Part shown: positions 15,638 to 25,601 of the stretch, in pieces
Layout of the letters: each line of letters begins with the position of its first letter
How positions within the stretch are numbered: position 1 is the stretch's first letter
NCBI GenBank assembly: GCA_963758635.1
Contig: CAVWWD010000008.1
Coordinates: forward strand, 256,001 to 320,000
Direction of reading: 5' to 3'
DNA length: 64,000 nucleotides
Source: an uncultured Candidatus Rokubacteria bacterium
Lineage (GTDB): Bacteria; Methylomirabilota; Methylomirabilia; Rokubacteriales; CSP1-6
Made by a program: the position numbers and the translations under genes
The notes under the pieces: generated by a model
Databases searched by the model: none
Seen by the model: only the letters and a program-made list of their open reading frames with translations
What the model was told of the DNA's origin: nothing

Positions 15638-17696
15638 TCACGTGATCGCGGCCACGTCCACCATGGCGTCGAAGGTCGCCTGGCCGCCGGAGAAGCCGAA
15701 GGTGTCGACGGCGCCGTCGGGCAGCGCCGGCGCCCCCGACGTGAGGTCGTTCAGGCCCGTCCAGCCGTCGCGCATCCACACCGTGCCCGAGCGGATGCGG
15801 TCGGTCACGCGGGCGCGCGCCCGCATCTCGCCGCGCTCGTTGTAGATCCGGATGGGCGTCCCGTCTGCGACGCCGCGCTCCGCGCCGTCCGCGAGCGAGA
15901 TCCACAGCTCGGGCTCGGGGTCGAGCCGGGCCAGCGTGGGCAGCGCCTGCCCGTGGTCGTAGAAGCCGTGGAAGTGCGTCAGCGTGCGGCCCTGGCGCAG
16001 CGAGAGCGGAAAGCTCGAGGGGGCCGGCGGCTCGTACACGGGCAGCGGCGGGAGCCCGAGGGCCCGCGCGCGCTCGGAGTAGAGCTCGACCTTGCGCGAC
16101 GGCGTTGGGAACGCGAGGTCGGGGTGGGCCACGTGCGAGATGGAGAGCGCGCGCATCCCGTCCTCGGCGCGCAGCGCGGCCACGGTGGCGCCGCCGGTGG
16201 ACGGGTGGTCGATGAGGGCGTCGATCGGGCCGTCCTCGCCGGCCCACGGGTAGAAGTCGGGCACGTCGAGCCGCGCGGCGAGCTGCCGCAGCACCCAGCT
16301 CACCGTGCGCGTCTCGCCCGGCGGCTCGAGCGCGCGCTCCATCAGGTAGAGGTGCGTGTTCGTGCTCTTGGCGCCCACCTCCTCGAGCCAGCTCGTCCCC
16401 GGCAGCACCACGTCGGCGAAGTGGCGGGCCGTGTCGTTCATGAACAGGTCGTGGAGGACCACGAGGTCGGTCCGCTCGAGGCCGCGCGCCACCGCGGAGG
16501 CGTCGGCGAACGACGAGAGCATGTCCGTGCCGAAGAGCAGCATCACGCGCAGCCGTCCGTCTTCCAGCGCCTGGGTGACCGCGGGCATCTGGTTGGGGAT
16601 GTCCGCGCCGGGCGGGCGGCGGTGCATCAGCGTGATGTCGTTCAGCTCCTGGCCATGGCTCCGGCTGCCGTGGCGCGGGCCGAGTCCGCCCCCGCGGATG
16701 CCGAGGTTGCCGGTGAGCGCGGGCAGGCAGCCGATGGCGCGCGCGGCGTGCCAGCCGTTGGCGCCCTTGTGCATGGAGCTGCCGCCGAGCACGATCATCG
16801 CCGGACGGGTGGCCGCGTAGCGCCGGGCCAGCCCCACGATCACCGGAGCGGGCACGCCGGTCACGGACGCCGCCCACTCCGGGCGGTACGCGGCCACGTG
16901 CTGGGCGAGGGCGTCGAAGCCGACGGTGTGCGCGGCGACCCAGTCGCGGTCGTGCCGGCCCTCGGCGACGATCACGCGCATCATCGCCAGCGCGAGCGCG
17001 GCGTCGGTGCCGGGGCGGATCACCAGCGCCTCGTCGGCCTGGGCCGCGGCCTCGGTGTGACGCACGTCGATGGCGACCACGTGGGCGCCGCGCCGGCGCG
17101 CCGCCACCAGGTGCGGGGCGGTGTTGGGCTGGCTCGCGAGGTTCGCGCCCCACAGGAGCACGAGCGAGGCGTGGGCGCCCATGTCCTCCTTCGTATTGGT
17201 CTCGAGCGGGCCGGTGAGCCCGAGGCCGAAGCCGCCCAGCCCCCAGCAGATCATGGTGGGGTTCCACCACTGGCAGCCGAAGAGGTTGGCGAAGCGGCGC
17301 ATCAGGTGCGAGTTCACGCGCGTGCCGTAGTTGTTGGCGAACGCGCCGTGACCGGACCAGATGCCCACCGCCTCGCGGCCGGCCGCGCGCATGCGCGACG
17401 CGATCAGGTCGAGGGCGTCGTCCCACGACGCGTCCTGCCAGGCGCCGCCCCCGCGCTGGCCCGCGGTGCGGCGGGCGCGGACGAGCGGGCGCAGGAGCCG
17501 CGCCGGGTTGTCGATGATCTCGCGCGAGGCCTGGCCGCGCACGCACAGGAAGCCGCGGCTGTCCGGGTTGTCGGGGTCGCCGCGCACGCCGAGGAGCCGC
17601 CCGTCCTCGACGTCGACGAGCATGCCGCAGAGCGTGGGATGGCAGTTCATCGGGCACATGGTGCGGACCGTGCGGAGGCCGCCGCGCGCGTCTCAT
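15638..17696 (-). CDS. Molybdopterin (DMSO reductase family) oxidoreductase with N-terminal Fe-S motif; ATG at 17696 offset by an indel (in-frame ATG at 17659)
   Basis: CPMNCHPTLCG...LCVRG, LLWGAN, IRPGTDAALA, DLFMNDTARHFADVVLPG, C-terminal Molybdop_binding. Confidence 0.9.
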
Positions 17697-17759
17697 GCGC
17701 TCCTTATACCACGCAGCGAAACGGGCGCTCGCGCCGGCCGGGGGTGCCGGCGCGCGCGC

Positions 17760-18125
17760 TCAGACGGCCGTCTTGGGATTGGGGCCGAACCGATTGGTCC
17801 CGGCTTCGCTGTCCTGGGCGAGGAAGAACAGGAGGACGATCCCGACCACGGGGACGAGTCCGAGGAGGAGCCACCAGCCGCTCCGCCCGGTGTCGTGCAA
17901 CCTCCGGATCCCCACGCCGACGGAAGGAAGCAGCAACGCGAGCGCGAAGATCCCGCCGAGCAGCCCGATGCCCGACGTGTAGGAGAAGGTCCCCGTGACG
18001 ACGTTGACCACGGCGAGGGCCGCGTAGATGATGAGATAGACCAGCATGTAGTACCAGTACTCGCTGCGGCGGGCCCGTCCGGAGAACTCGGTGTACTTCT
18101 TGACGACGGTAACGAACCAGTTCAT
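17760..18125 (-). CDS. DUF805 family membrane protein (YhaH-like)
   Basis: FSGRARRSEYW, IRRLHDTGRSGWW, NRFGPNPK. Confidence 0.93.
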   Translation of the reverse strand: MNWFVTVVKKYTEFSGRARRSEYWYYMLVYLIIYAALAVVNVVTGTFSYTSGIGLLGGIFALALLLPSVGVGIRRLHDTGRSGWWLLLGLVPVVGIVLLFFLAQDSEAGTNRFGPNPKTAV

Positions 18126-18364
18126 GGCGCCCTCCCAAGCTCACGGCCCCCGTTGGACCGTCGCACTCATCGGCCTCGATCGTGGCCGAGGTGATCGCCC
18201 GACGCGGGTCCGGTGATCGTCGCCCTCGCTCCGTGCCGGGGGCTCGAAGATAGTGAACGGGCAGGGGGTGCGCAAGGGAGACCCTGCCGGGCCGGCCCGA
18301 GGGCGGGCGGCTCGACGAGCGCCAGCCCCTTGCCACGACGGCCTCGATGTGATTTTCTCCGTCC

Positions 18365-18795
18365 GTGGTCAAGGCCCTCACGTACATCACGCGCCGTCCC
18401 GGTCTGTCGGTGGAGGCGTTCCAGGAGCACTGGCGGACACGCCACGCCGACGTGGTCGTGAAGCTCCCGGGGATCCGCCGCTACGTGCAGTCGCACGCCC
18501 TCCCGTCCGGCTACGCGCGGCGCGCGCTGCCCTTCGACGGGATCGCCGAGATCTGGTTCGACGACACCGACGCGATGCGCGCGCTCGCCGGCACGCCCGC
18601 GTACGCGGCGGTGCAGGAGGAGACCGCTTCTCGACCGCGCCCGGCGCCGCGCTGACGTGGTTCGACGATACCCAGGCCATGCGGGTGTCCGCGGGCACCG
18701 CGGAGTACGCGCGCACCCGCGCCGACGAGCCGAGCTTCCTCGACACCACCCGTCTCCCCGTCGTCATCACGCGCGAGCACGTGGTGGTAGGGTGA
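18365..18795 (+). pseudogene. Tandem EthD-domain protein with internal deletion/frameshift
   Basis: RRPGLSVEAFQEHW...RRYVQSH...DGIAEIWFDD, then in another frame only the tail of a second domain (WFDDTQAMR...DEPSFLD). Confidence 0.7.
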
Positions 18796-18840
18796 GGCCC
18801 GGAGGAACTCCCGTGACGACGCCCGCGTGTCCGCCTGACC

Positions 18841-20004
18841 ATGCCCACGTTCCCCGGATTCCGGCTGCCCGAGGAGCTGGCGCTCGTGCGCGAGCAGGTG
18901 CGCCGCTTCGTCCGCGACGAGATCATCCCCGTCGAGCAGCGCATCGACCCCGACGCCGCCGACATCCCCGCCGAGGACTTCCAGCGCCTGTCCGCCAAGT
19001 CCAAGGCCGCGGGCCTGTGGGCTCTCGGCGCGCCCGAGGAGTACGGCGGGGGCGGGCTCGACACGTTCTCGATGACCGTCCTCGTCGAGGAGATGGCGCA
19101 GCACCGCATGGGCCTCTACAACACGGGGTGCGGGGCGTTCGGGCGCAACCCGCCGCCCGCGATCTGGGCGGGGACGAAGGCGCAGATCGAGAAGTACGCG
19201 GTGCCGTGCATCGAGCACGGCTACGAGAGCTTCTTCGCCATCACGGAGCCGTCGGGCGGCTCCGACCCCGCGGGCGCCATTCGCTGCCGCGCCGAGAAGA
19301 AGGGCGACCGCTGGGTGATCAACGGCACCAAGATCTTCATCTCGCGCGCCCACGACGCGCCGTGGGGCGTGGTGTTCTGCCGCACCGGGGAAGCGAAGGA
19401 CCGCAAGGGCATCAGCTGCTTCATCGTCGAGAAGGGGATGAAGGGCTTCACCGCCCGGAACATCCGGACGATCCGCACCGCCTCGGTGCCCAACGAGGTG
19501 TTCTTCGAGGATTGCGAGGTGCCGGAGGAGAACCTGATCGGCAAGCCGGGGCAGGGGCTGGACCTCGCGTTCGACCTGCTCGTGAAGCAGCGCTTCCCGT
19601 ACTCGGCCACGAACCTGGGCGTGGCGGTGGCCGCGCATCGCATGGCCGTCGAGCACGCCAAGCAGCGCGAGACGTTCGGCCAGAAGCTGTCCCAGCGCCA
19701 GGCCATCCAGTGGATGCTCGCCGACGCCGAGGTGGAGCTGCGCGCCGCCCGCTGGCTCATCTGGGACGGCGCGTGGAAGGCCGACCGCGGCGAGGACGCG
19801 CGCGTGGAGGCCTCGATCGCCAAGCTCTACTCCAGCGAGGTGCTCGGCCGCACCGTGGACGCCGCCGTGCAGATCCACGGCGGCTACGGCGTGTCCAAGG
19901 AGTTCCCGCTGGAGCGCTGGTACCGCGAGGCGCGCGTGCGGCGGATCGGGGAGGGCCCGTCCGAGGTGCACCGCATGGTCATCGCCCGCTCGCTCTTCCG
20001 GTAG
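18841..20004 (+). CDS. Acyl-CoA dehydrogenase
   Basis: AITEPSGGSD, INGTKIFIS, QIHGGYG, RIGEGPSEV. Confidence 0.95.
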   Translation: MPTFPGFRLPEELALVREQVRRFVRDEIIPVEQRIDPDAADIPAEDFQRLSAKSKAAGLWALGAPEEYGGGGLDTFSMTVLVEEMAQHRMGLYNTGCGAFGRNPPPAIWAGTKAQIEKYAVPCIEHGYESFFAITEPSGGSDPAGAIRCRAEKKGDRWVINGTKIFISRAHDAPWGVVFCRTGEAKDRKGISCFIVEKGMKGFTARNIRTIRTASVPNEVFFEDCEVPEENLIGKPGQGLDLAFDLLVKQRFPYSATNLGVAVAAHRMAVEHAKQRETFGQKLSQRQAIQWMLADAEVELRAARWLIWDGAWKADRGEDARVEASIAKLYSSEVLGRTVDAAVQIHGGYGVSKEFPLERWYREARVRRIGEGPSEVHRMVIARSLFR

Positions 20005-20104
20005 GCAGGGCTCTCATGAACGAGCTCAGCGGACCGCGGGGCTGTTCAGGGTCCACCTTCAATCGGAGTGATGCGGGCTGACCCCCGGATCGGAGACCCA
20101 ACGC

Positions 20105-20878
20105 ATGGCTTACGAGGTGCTGACCTCGACCGAGGATCACGTCGCCACCGTCACGCTGAACCGGCCCGAGAAGCGGAACGCGCTGAGCACCGCCGTCCTC
20201 CGCGGGCTCGCCGCCTCCTTCGACCAGCTCGACAAGAACGACGAGGTCCGCGTGGTGGTGGTGCGCGGGGAAGGGCGCGCGTTCTGCTCGGGCATGGACC
20301 TGGGCGAGATGCGCGAGCGCCAGGCCCAGAACGCCGACGCGGAGGCCGACGTGACGCGCGTGTTCCAGATGATCGAGCGCTCGCGACACCCCGTCATCGC
20401 CATGGTCAACGGCGACGCCTACGCCGGCGGCTGCGAGCTGGCGCTGCACTGCGACCTGCGCATCGTGGCCGACGCCGCGCGCTTCGCCATGCCGCTGGCC
20501 CGCCTCGGCCTCATCGTGCCGTTCCCCCTGGGGCAGAAGCTGGTGGAGATCTGCGGGCCCGCGTTCACGCGGGAGATGCTGTTCACCGGGCGTCCGGTGA
20601 GCGCGACCCGCGCCTACGAGGTGGGCATGGTGCACCGGGTGGTGCCCCTCGCCGAGCTCGAGAAGGCCACCTACGAGCTGGCCCGGCTGATCGCGGGCAA
20701 CGCGCCCCAGTCCCTCCGCGGCATGAAGCAGGTGATCCAGCGCGCCATCTCCGTCCGCGAGCGCATCGAGCACGCCGACCTCTCCGAGCTGGCCCGCGAG
20801 GCGCGCAAGAGCGAGGACGCCAAGGAGGGCGTGCGGGCCATGCTCGAGAAGCGCGCCCCGGACTTTCGTGGGCGCTAG
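20105..20878 (+). CDS. Enoyl-CoA hydratase/isomerase family protein
   Basis: LNRPEKRNAL, FCSGMDL, AGGCELALHCDLR. Confidence 0.93.
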   Translation: MAYEVLTSTEDHVATVTLNRPEKRNALSTAVLRGLAASFDQLDKNDEVRVVVVRGEGRAFCSGMDLGEMRERQAQNADAEADVTRVFQMIERSRHPVIAMVNGDAYAGGCELALHCDLRIVADAARFAMPLARLGLIVPFPLGQKLVEICGPAFTREMLFTGRPVSATRAYEVGMVHRVVPLAELEKATYELARLIAGNAPQSLRGMKQVIQRAISVRERIEHADLSELAREARKSEDAKEGVRAMLEKRAPDFRGR

Positions 20879-21677
20879 CCCGGCCCCGCTCACCGGGCGC
20901 GTCGCCCTCGTCACCGGCGGCTCGCGCGGCATCGGGCGGGGCATCGCGCTCCGGCTCGCCGCCGACGGCGCCGACTGCGCGATCACCTACCGGCGGAACG
21001 AGGCGCTCGCCGCCGAGGTGGTCGCCGCGGTCGAGGCCGCCGGCCGCCGCGGGCTCGCGGTGCCGCTCGAGCTGGGCGAGCCCGCCCAGGCCGCGGGCGC
21101 GGTGGCGCAGGTGGCGGATCGGCTCGGCGGCGTGGACATCCTGGTCGCCAACGCCGCGGCCACCGCGTTCCGGCCCATCGTCGAGCAGAAGCCGCACAAC
21201 GTGGACCGGACCTTCGCGATCTCGGTGGACTCGTTCGTGGCGTGCGTGCAGGCCGTCGTGCCGCGCATGCCCACGGGCCGGGGCCGCATCGTCGCCGTCT
21301 CCGGGATCGACGCGGCCCAGGCCATGGCCGGCCACGGGCTCCTCGGCGCGGCCAAGGCCGCGGTGGAGAGCCTCGTCCGCGCGCTGGCCCTCGAGCTGGG
21401 ACCGCGGGGCATCACCGTGAACGGGGTGAGCCCGGGCTTCGTCGACACGGATTCCTCGCGCCTCTACGTGGAGCGGGGGCTCGGCCAGGACTACGAGCGC
21501 GCCGTGGCGCGGGTCGTCGCCGCCACGCCGGTGCGGCGGACGGGGACGGTCGAGGACGTGGCGTCGCTGGTCGCGTTCCTCTCCGGCGACGAGGCCGGCT
21601 TCCTCACCGGACAGACCATCGTGCTGGACGGCGGCCTCACGATCGTGTCGCCGCTCGGCCGGCTCCACAACGTTTGA
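20868..21677 (+). CDS. SDR oxidoreductase (FabL-like enoyl reductase)
   Basis: TGGSRGIG, NAAATAFRP, LGAAKAAVESLVR. Confidence 0.88.
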   Translation: MGASPAPLTGRVALVTGGSRGIGRGIALRLAADGADCAITYRRNEALAAEVVAAVEAAGRRGLAVPLELGEPAQAAGAVAQVADRLGGVDILVANAAATAFRPIVEQKPHNVDRTFAISVDSFVACVQAVVPRMPTGRGRIVAVSGIDAAQAMAGHGLLGAAKAAVESLVRALALELGPRGITVNGVSPGFVDTDSSRLYVERGLGQDYERAVARVVAATPVRRTGTVEDVASLVAFLSGDEAGFLTGQTIVLDGGLTIVSPLGRLHNV

Positions 21678-21682
21678 CACCC

Positions 21683-21703
21683 GCGGGCCCCGATGGGGCC
21701 CGC
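21683..21703. other. GC hairpin GCGGGCCCC-GAT-GGGGCCCGC
   Basis: Perfect 9-bp stem between the SDR stop and the AKR start. Confidence 0.5.
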
Positions 21704-21719
21704 TCTCGGGAGGGCTCGC

Positions 21720-22712
21720 ATGGAATATCGGCCGTTCGGACGGACCGGACTCTCGGTGTCGGCGCTCGGATTCGGCTGTGGCAACGTCGGCGGCCTCATG
21801 GTGCGGGGAACGCCGGCCGAGCGGGAGCGCGCGGTGGCGCGCGCGATGGAGCTCGGCATCAACTACTTCGACACCGCCGCGCTCTACGGCGACGGCCTGT
21901 CCGAGCAGCACCTGGGCCAGGCCTTGAACGCCCTCAAGGCGGCCGTCCACGTGGGCACCAAGTTCCGCCTGAGCGCGACGGACCTCGCCGGCGTGCGGCC
22001 GGCCGTCGTCGCCGCGCTCGACGCGAGCTTGAAGCGCCTCGGCCGCGAGCAGGTCGATCTCTTCCAGCTCCACAACCTGATCCTCCGCGGGCGCGAGCGC
22101 GACCGGGCGTCGGTGCGGGACGTGTTGCAGGAGGTCGTGCCCGTCCTTCAGGACTTGCGGCGCCAGGGCAAGATCCGGTTCCTGGGCTTCACCGCGCTCG
22201 GCGACACGCCGGCGCTCCACGAGGTGATCGACGCCGGCCTCCTCGACACCGCGCAGGTGTGCTTCAACATGCTGAACCCGAGCGCCGGTCATCCGGTGCC
22301 CGCGGGCTTCCCCGGCCAGGACTTCGGCCGGCTTCTCGACCGTGCTCAGGCCAGGGGCGTAGGGACCATCGGCATCCGCGTCCTCGCCGCCGGCGCGCTC
22401 TCCGGCGTGGTCGAGCGCCATCCCGTGGCCGTGCCCGCCGTGGACCCGATCGCCTCGGGCCCCGACTACGACACGGACGTGCGCCGCGCCCAGGCCTTCC
22501 GAACGCTGGTGGCGGAGGGCCACGCGGCGGATCTCGTGGAGGCCTCGCTGCGCTTCGCCATCTCGAGCCCGGCCATGTCCACGGTGCTCCTCGGCTACTC
22601 GGACCTCGGCCACCTCGAGCATGCCGCGGCGGCGGTGGCCCGGGGGCCGCTGCCGCCCGCCGCGCTGGCCCGGCTCACCTCGCTCTGGGCCGATCTGGCC
22701 CGCGGAGCGTGA
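21720..22712 (+). CDS. Aldo/keto reductase
   Basis: GRTGLSVSALGFG, FDTAALYG, SLKRLG..DLFQLH. Confidence 0.93.
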   Translation: MEYRPFGRTGLSVSALGFGCGNVGGLMVRGTPAERERAVARAMELGINYFDTAALYGDGLSEQHLGQALNALKAAVHVGTKFRLSATDLAGVRPAVVAALDASLKRLGREQVDLFQLHNLILRGRERDRASVRDVLQEVVPVLQDLRRQGKIRFLGFTALGDTPALHEVIDAGLLDTAQVCFNMLNPSAGHPVPAGFPGQDFGRLLDRAQARGVGTIGIRVLAAGALSGVVERHPVAVPAVDPIASGPDYDTDVRRAQAFRTLVAEGHAADLVEASLRFAISSPAMSTVLLGYSDLGHLEHAAAAVARGPLPPAALARLTSLWADLARGA

Positions 22713-22837
22713 GGACGCGGCGGGCCCCCTGCTTCGAAGGGCCGCCCGCCGAAAATGTTGACAGGTCGCGGTCGGGCCCCTCCTGACCGCGGCCTAGTAG
22801 AGTCCGTCCGAAGCACAGGACGCGAGGAGGGGATCGG

Positions 22838-23783
22838 ATGCGATACGGGTTCTACTTGCCGACGCGCGGGAAGACGGCGACGGCGGACGCGCTGGAGACG
22901 CTGGTCGGCCGCGGCGAGGCGCTCGGCTTCTCGTCGGTGATGATCGCCGACCACGTCGTGTTCCCGACCGTCGTCAACTCGAAGTACCCGTACACGGTGA
23001 GCGGGGTGTTCCCGGGGCAGGGCGACGCCCTCGAGCAGCTCGCGCTCATGGCCTTCGTGGCCGGCCGCACGAGCCGGCTCCGGCTCGTGACCAGCGTGAT
23101 GATCCTGCCCTACCGGAACCCCGTCTTCACCGCGAAGACGCTCGCGACCATCGACGTGCTCTCGCGCGGGACGCGTCACGGTGGGCGTGGGCGTGGGCTG
23201 GCTCCGCGAGGAGTTCGAGGCCCTCGCCGCCGCCGACTTCGACCGGCGCGGCGCGGTCAGCGACGAGTACCTGCGCATCTTCAAGACGCTGTGGACCCGA
23301 TCGCCCGCGTCGTTCGAGGGCGAGTTCTACCGCTTCCGGGACCTCCAGTGCCTGCCCCTTCCCGTGCAGAAGCCGCATCCGCCGATCTGGGTGGGCGGGC
23401 ACAGCCGGCCGGCGATCCGTCGCGCCGCGCGCCTGGGCGACGGCTGGCATCCCGTGGGCGCGAACCCCGCGGTGCCGCTGACCCCGGCCGAGCTGAAGGC
23501 GTCGCTCGACCTGCTGCATCGCGAGGCGGAGGCGGCGGGACGCGATCCGTCCGCGCTCACGATCTCGTTCAAGGCGCCGGTGTACGATCCGGCGTCGCCG
23601 GTCTCGGGCGCCGCGCGCCGCCCGTTCAGCGGGAGCGCCGAGCAGATCATGGAGGACATCGCCGACTACGCGCGCCTCGGGGTCAGCGAGCTCGTGTTCG
23701 ATTTCCGCAGCGAGAATCTCTCGGAGAGCCTCGACCGCATGGAGAAGTTCGCCGCGACGATCAAGCCGGGCGCCGCGCACTGA
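22838..23783 (+). CDS. LLM class (F420-type) oxidoreductase, one frameshift near 23170
   Basis: IADHVVFP, AKTLATIDVLSRG / GVGVGWLREEF, PVQKPHPPIWVGG split over two frames. Confidence 0.88.
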
Positions 23784-23784
23784 T

Positions 23785-23808
23785 CCCGGACCCGTGGCCA
23801 GGTCCGGG
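23785..23808. terminator. Hairpin between convergent genes
   Basis: CCCGGACC-8nt-GGTCCGGG immediately after the stop codon; no U-tract. Confidence 0.4.
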
Positions 23809-23825
23809 CGCCGGCGTGTCGCCCG

Positions 23826-24938
23826 TCAGGGCGTCACGAGATCCGGGGCGCAGATGAGGGCGGTGCGGACGGCGCGGCCCTGGTCGGCGTTCTCGAAGGC
23901 GCGGGTGATGTCGGCGAGCGGGAACTGGTGCGAGAGCACGCGGTCGAACGGATAGCGGTCGCGGCAGCGCTCGATCAGCTCGAGGCCGCGCCGGAGCGCC
24001 CACGCCTGGTAGCCGCCGACGCCCACCATCCGGCGTCCGAAGTGCACGAGCCAGGCCGGGTCGAACGGGATGGTCTGGCCCGAGCCGATGTTGCCGATCA
24101 CGAGGTAGCGGCCCTCCACGCGTGACATGGCCAGCCCTTCGGCGATCACGCCGGGGTGGCCCACCAGCTCGGCCACCACGTGGCCGCCGCCGCCCGTCAT
24201 CTCGCGCACCGCGCGGGCCCGATCCTCGCTCGACGCGAAGTCGTCCACGTTCACGACCTGGTCCGCGCCGAACCGCGTCGCCAGCTCCAGGCGCTCGGGC
24301 ACGCGGTCGAGCACCACCACCTGGCGCGCCCCGCGCTCGCGCGCCACCGCGGCGGCGAAGAGCCCGAGCCCGCCCGCGCCCTGCACCACCAGCGTCTCGC
24401 CCGCGACGAGGCCCACCTGGTGGAGCCCGTAGATGACCTGGGCGAGCGCGCAGTTGAGCGGCGCCACCGTCAGGTCCCCCAGCGTGTCGGGCGTCTTGAG
24501 CACGTAGTGGCCGGGCCGGAGGTAGTAGTAGTCGGCGTAGGCGCCGGTGAAGTGCGGCGGCGCGTCGCTGCGCGCGCGGCCCGCGCCGATGCGGCGCGAC
24601 ACGCAGTGGTGCTGGTCGTGGGCCAGGCACGGCTCGCAGCGGCCGCACGGCAGGAAGTACGAATACACGATCCGATCGCCCTCGCGGAGCGGCGCCCCCG
24701 CGGCGTCGGTCTTCACGTCGCGGCCCAGGCGCTCCACGCGGCCCGTCATCTCGTGGCCCATGATCGTGGGCCCGCTCCGCGGCGTGTGGCCGCGCCAGCC
24801 GTGCACGTCCGAGCCGCAGATGCTCGCCACCGTCACGCGGACGAGGATGCCGCCCGGCTCCACGTCCGGGAGCGGGAAGCGCCGCTCCTCGAACGGCTGG
24901 CGGACGCCGGCGAAGACGAAGGCGCGGCCGTCCATCAC
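23826..24938 (-). CDS. Zinc-binding alcohol dehydrogenase (MDR family)
   Basis: ICGSDVH, GHEMTG, CGRCEPC..C, QGAGGLG. Confidence 0.92.
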   Translation of the reverse strand: MMDGRAFVFAGVRQPFEERRFPLPDVEPGGILVRVTVASICGSDVHGWRGHTPRSGPTIMGHEMTGRVERLGRDVKTDAAGAPLREGDRIVYSYFLPCGRCEPCLAHDQHHCVSRRIGAGRARSDAPPHFTGAYADYYYLRPGHYVLKTPDTLGDLTVAPLNCALAQVIYGLHQVGLVAGETLVVQGAGGLGLFAAAVARERGARQVVVLDRVPERLELATRFGADQVVNVDDFASSEDRARAVREMTGGGGHVVAELVGHPGVIAEGLAMSRVEGRYLVIGNIGSGQTIPFDPAWLVHFGRRMVGVGGYQAWALRRGLELIERCRDRYPFDRVLSHQFPLADITRAFENADQGRAVRTALICAPDLVTP

Positions 24939-25483
24939 GCGCTCCTCGCCGGCGGGGCCTGGGGGAGCGGCGCGCGGTCCGGCTGGACGTGGCCGCAGGC
25001 GCGGCAGGTGCGGAGGTCGCGGCTGGCGTCGAACGCGTCGATGGCGGACTTCAGCTGACCCTCGATGTCACTTACGTGCATGGTCACCTCGTGGAGCCGC
25101 GCGTCGCACCGTTCGCAGAACCAGAGCAGCGACTCCGTCTGCTCGGGCGCGCGCTTCACCTCGACCACCAGGCCCCACGTGTCCGCGGGCCGATGCGGCG
25201 AGTGCGGGGTGAGGCCGGGCACGAGGAGGAGCCCGCCCTCGCGGATCACGTGCTCCTGGCGCTTGCCGTCCTCGAGGGTCTCCACCACCATGGCGCCGCG
25301 CAGCATGTAGAAGATCTCGTCCGAGGGGTCCACGTGGAAGTCGCGGCGGGCGTTCGGCCCGCGCACGATCATCGCGGTGAACTGGGAGTCCTCCCAGATC
25401 ACCTTGTTGCCCACCGGCGGCTCGAACGACGTCCGGTTGTCCTGCACCCACTGCCAGAGGTCGAAGGCGACGAGGGGCTTCAT
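24935..25483 (-). CDS. nbaC: 3-hydroxyanthranilate 3,4-dioxygenase
   Basis: PPVGNK, GPNARRDFH..E, PHSPHR and two CxxC rubredoxin-like motifs (CERC, CRAC). Confidence 0.88.
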   Translation of the reverse strand: MKPLVAFDLWQWVQDNRTSFEPPVGNKVIWEDSQFTAMIVRGPNARRDFHVDPSDEIFYMLRGAMVVETLEDGKRQEHVIREGGLLLVPGLTPHSPHRPADTWGLVVEVKRAPEQTESLLWFCERCDARLHEVTMHVSDIEGQLKSAIDAFDASRDLRTCRACGHVQPDRAPLPQAPPARSA

Positions 25484-25562
25484 GGCGATGGATGCACGCG
25501 GGGCTTCATGGCGATGGATGCACGCGGGGCTTCATGGCGTGGTGCACGGGGGCTTCATGGCG
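25474..25562 (-). repeat. Four-copy tandem repeat of the nbaC start region (CGCCATGAAGCCCC), periods 23/26/26 nt
   Basis: GGGGCTTCATGGCG at 25474, 25500, 25526, 25549 on the plus strand. Confidence 0.9.
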
Positions 25563-25601
25563 AGGATGGTAGAGCCTCGCGCGGGCACGGTCAATCGGAG
25601 G

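Noticed and set aside
25474..25562. Possible mini-CRISPR array
   Set aside because: Inter-repeat segments are only 9-12 nt and nearly identical, the repeat equals the gene start, and there are no cas genes
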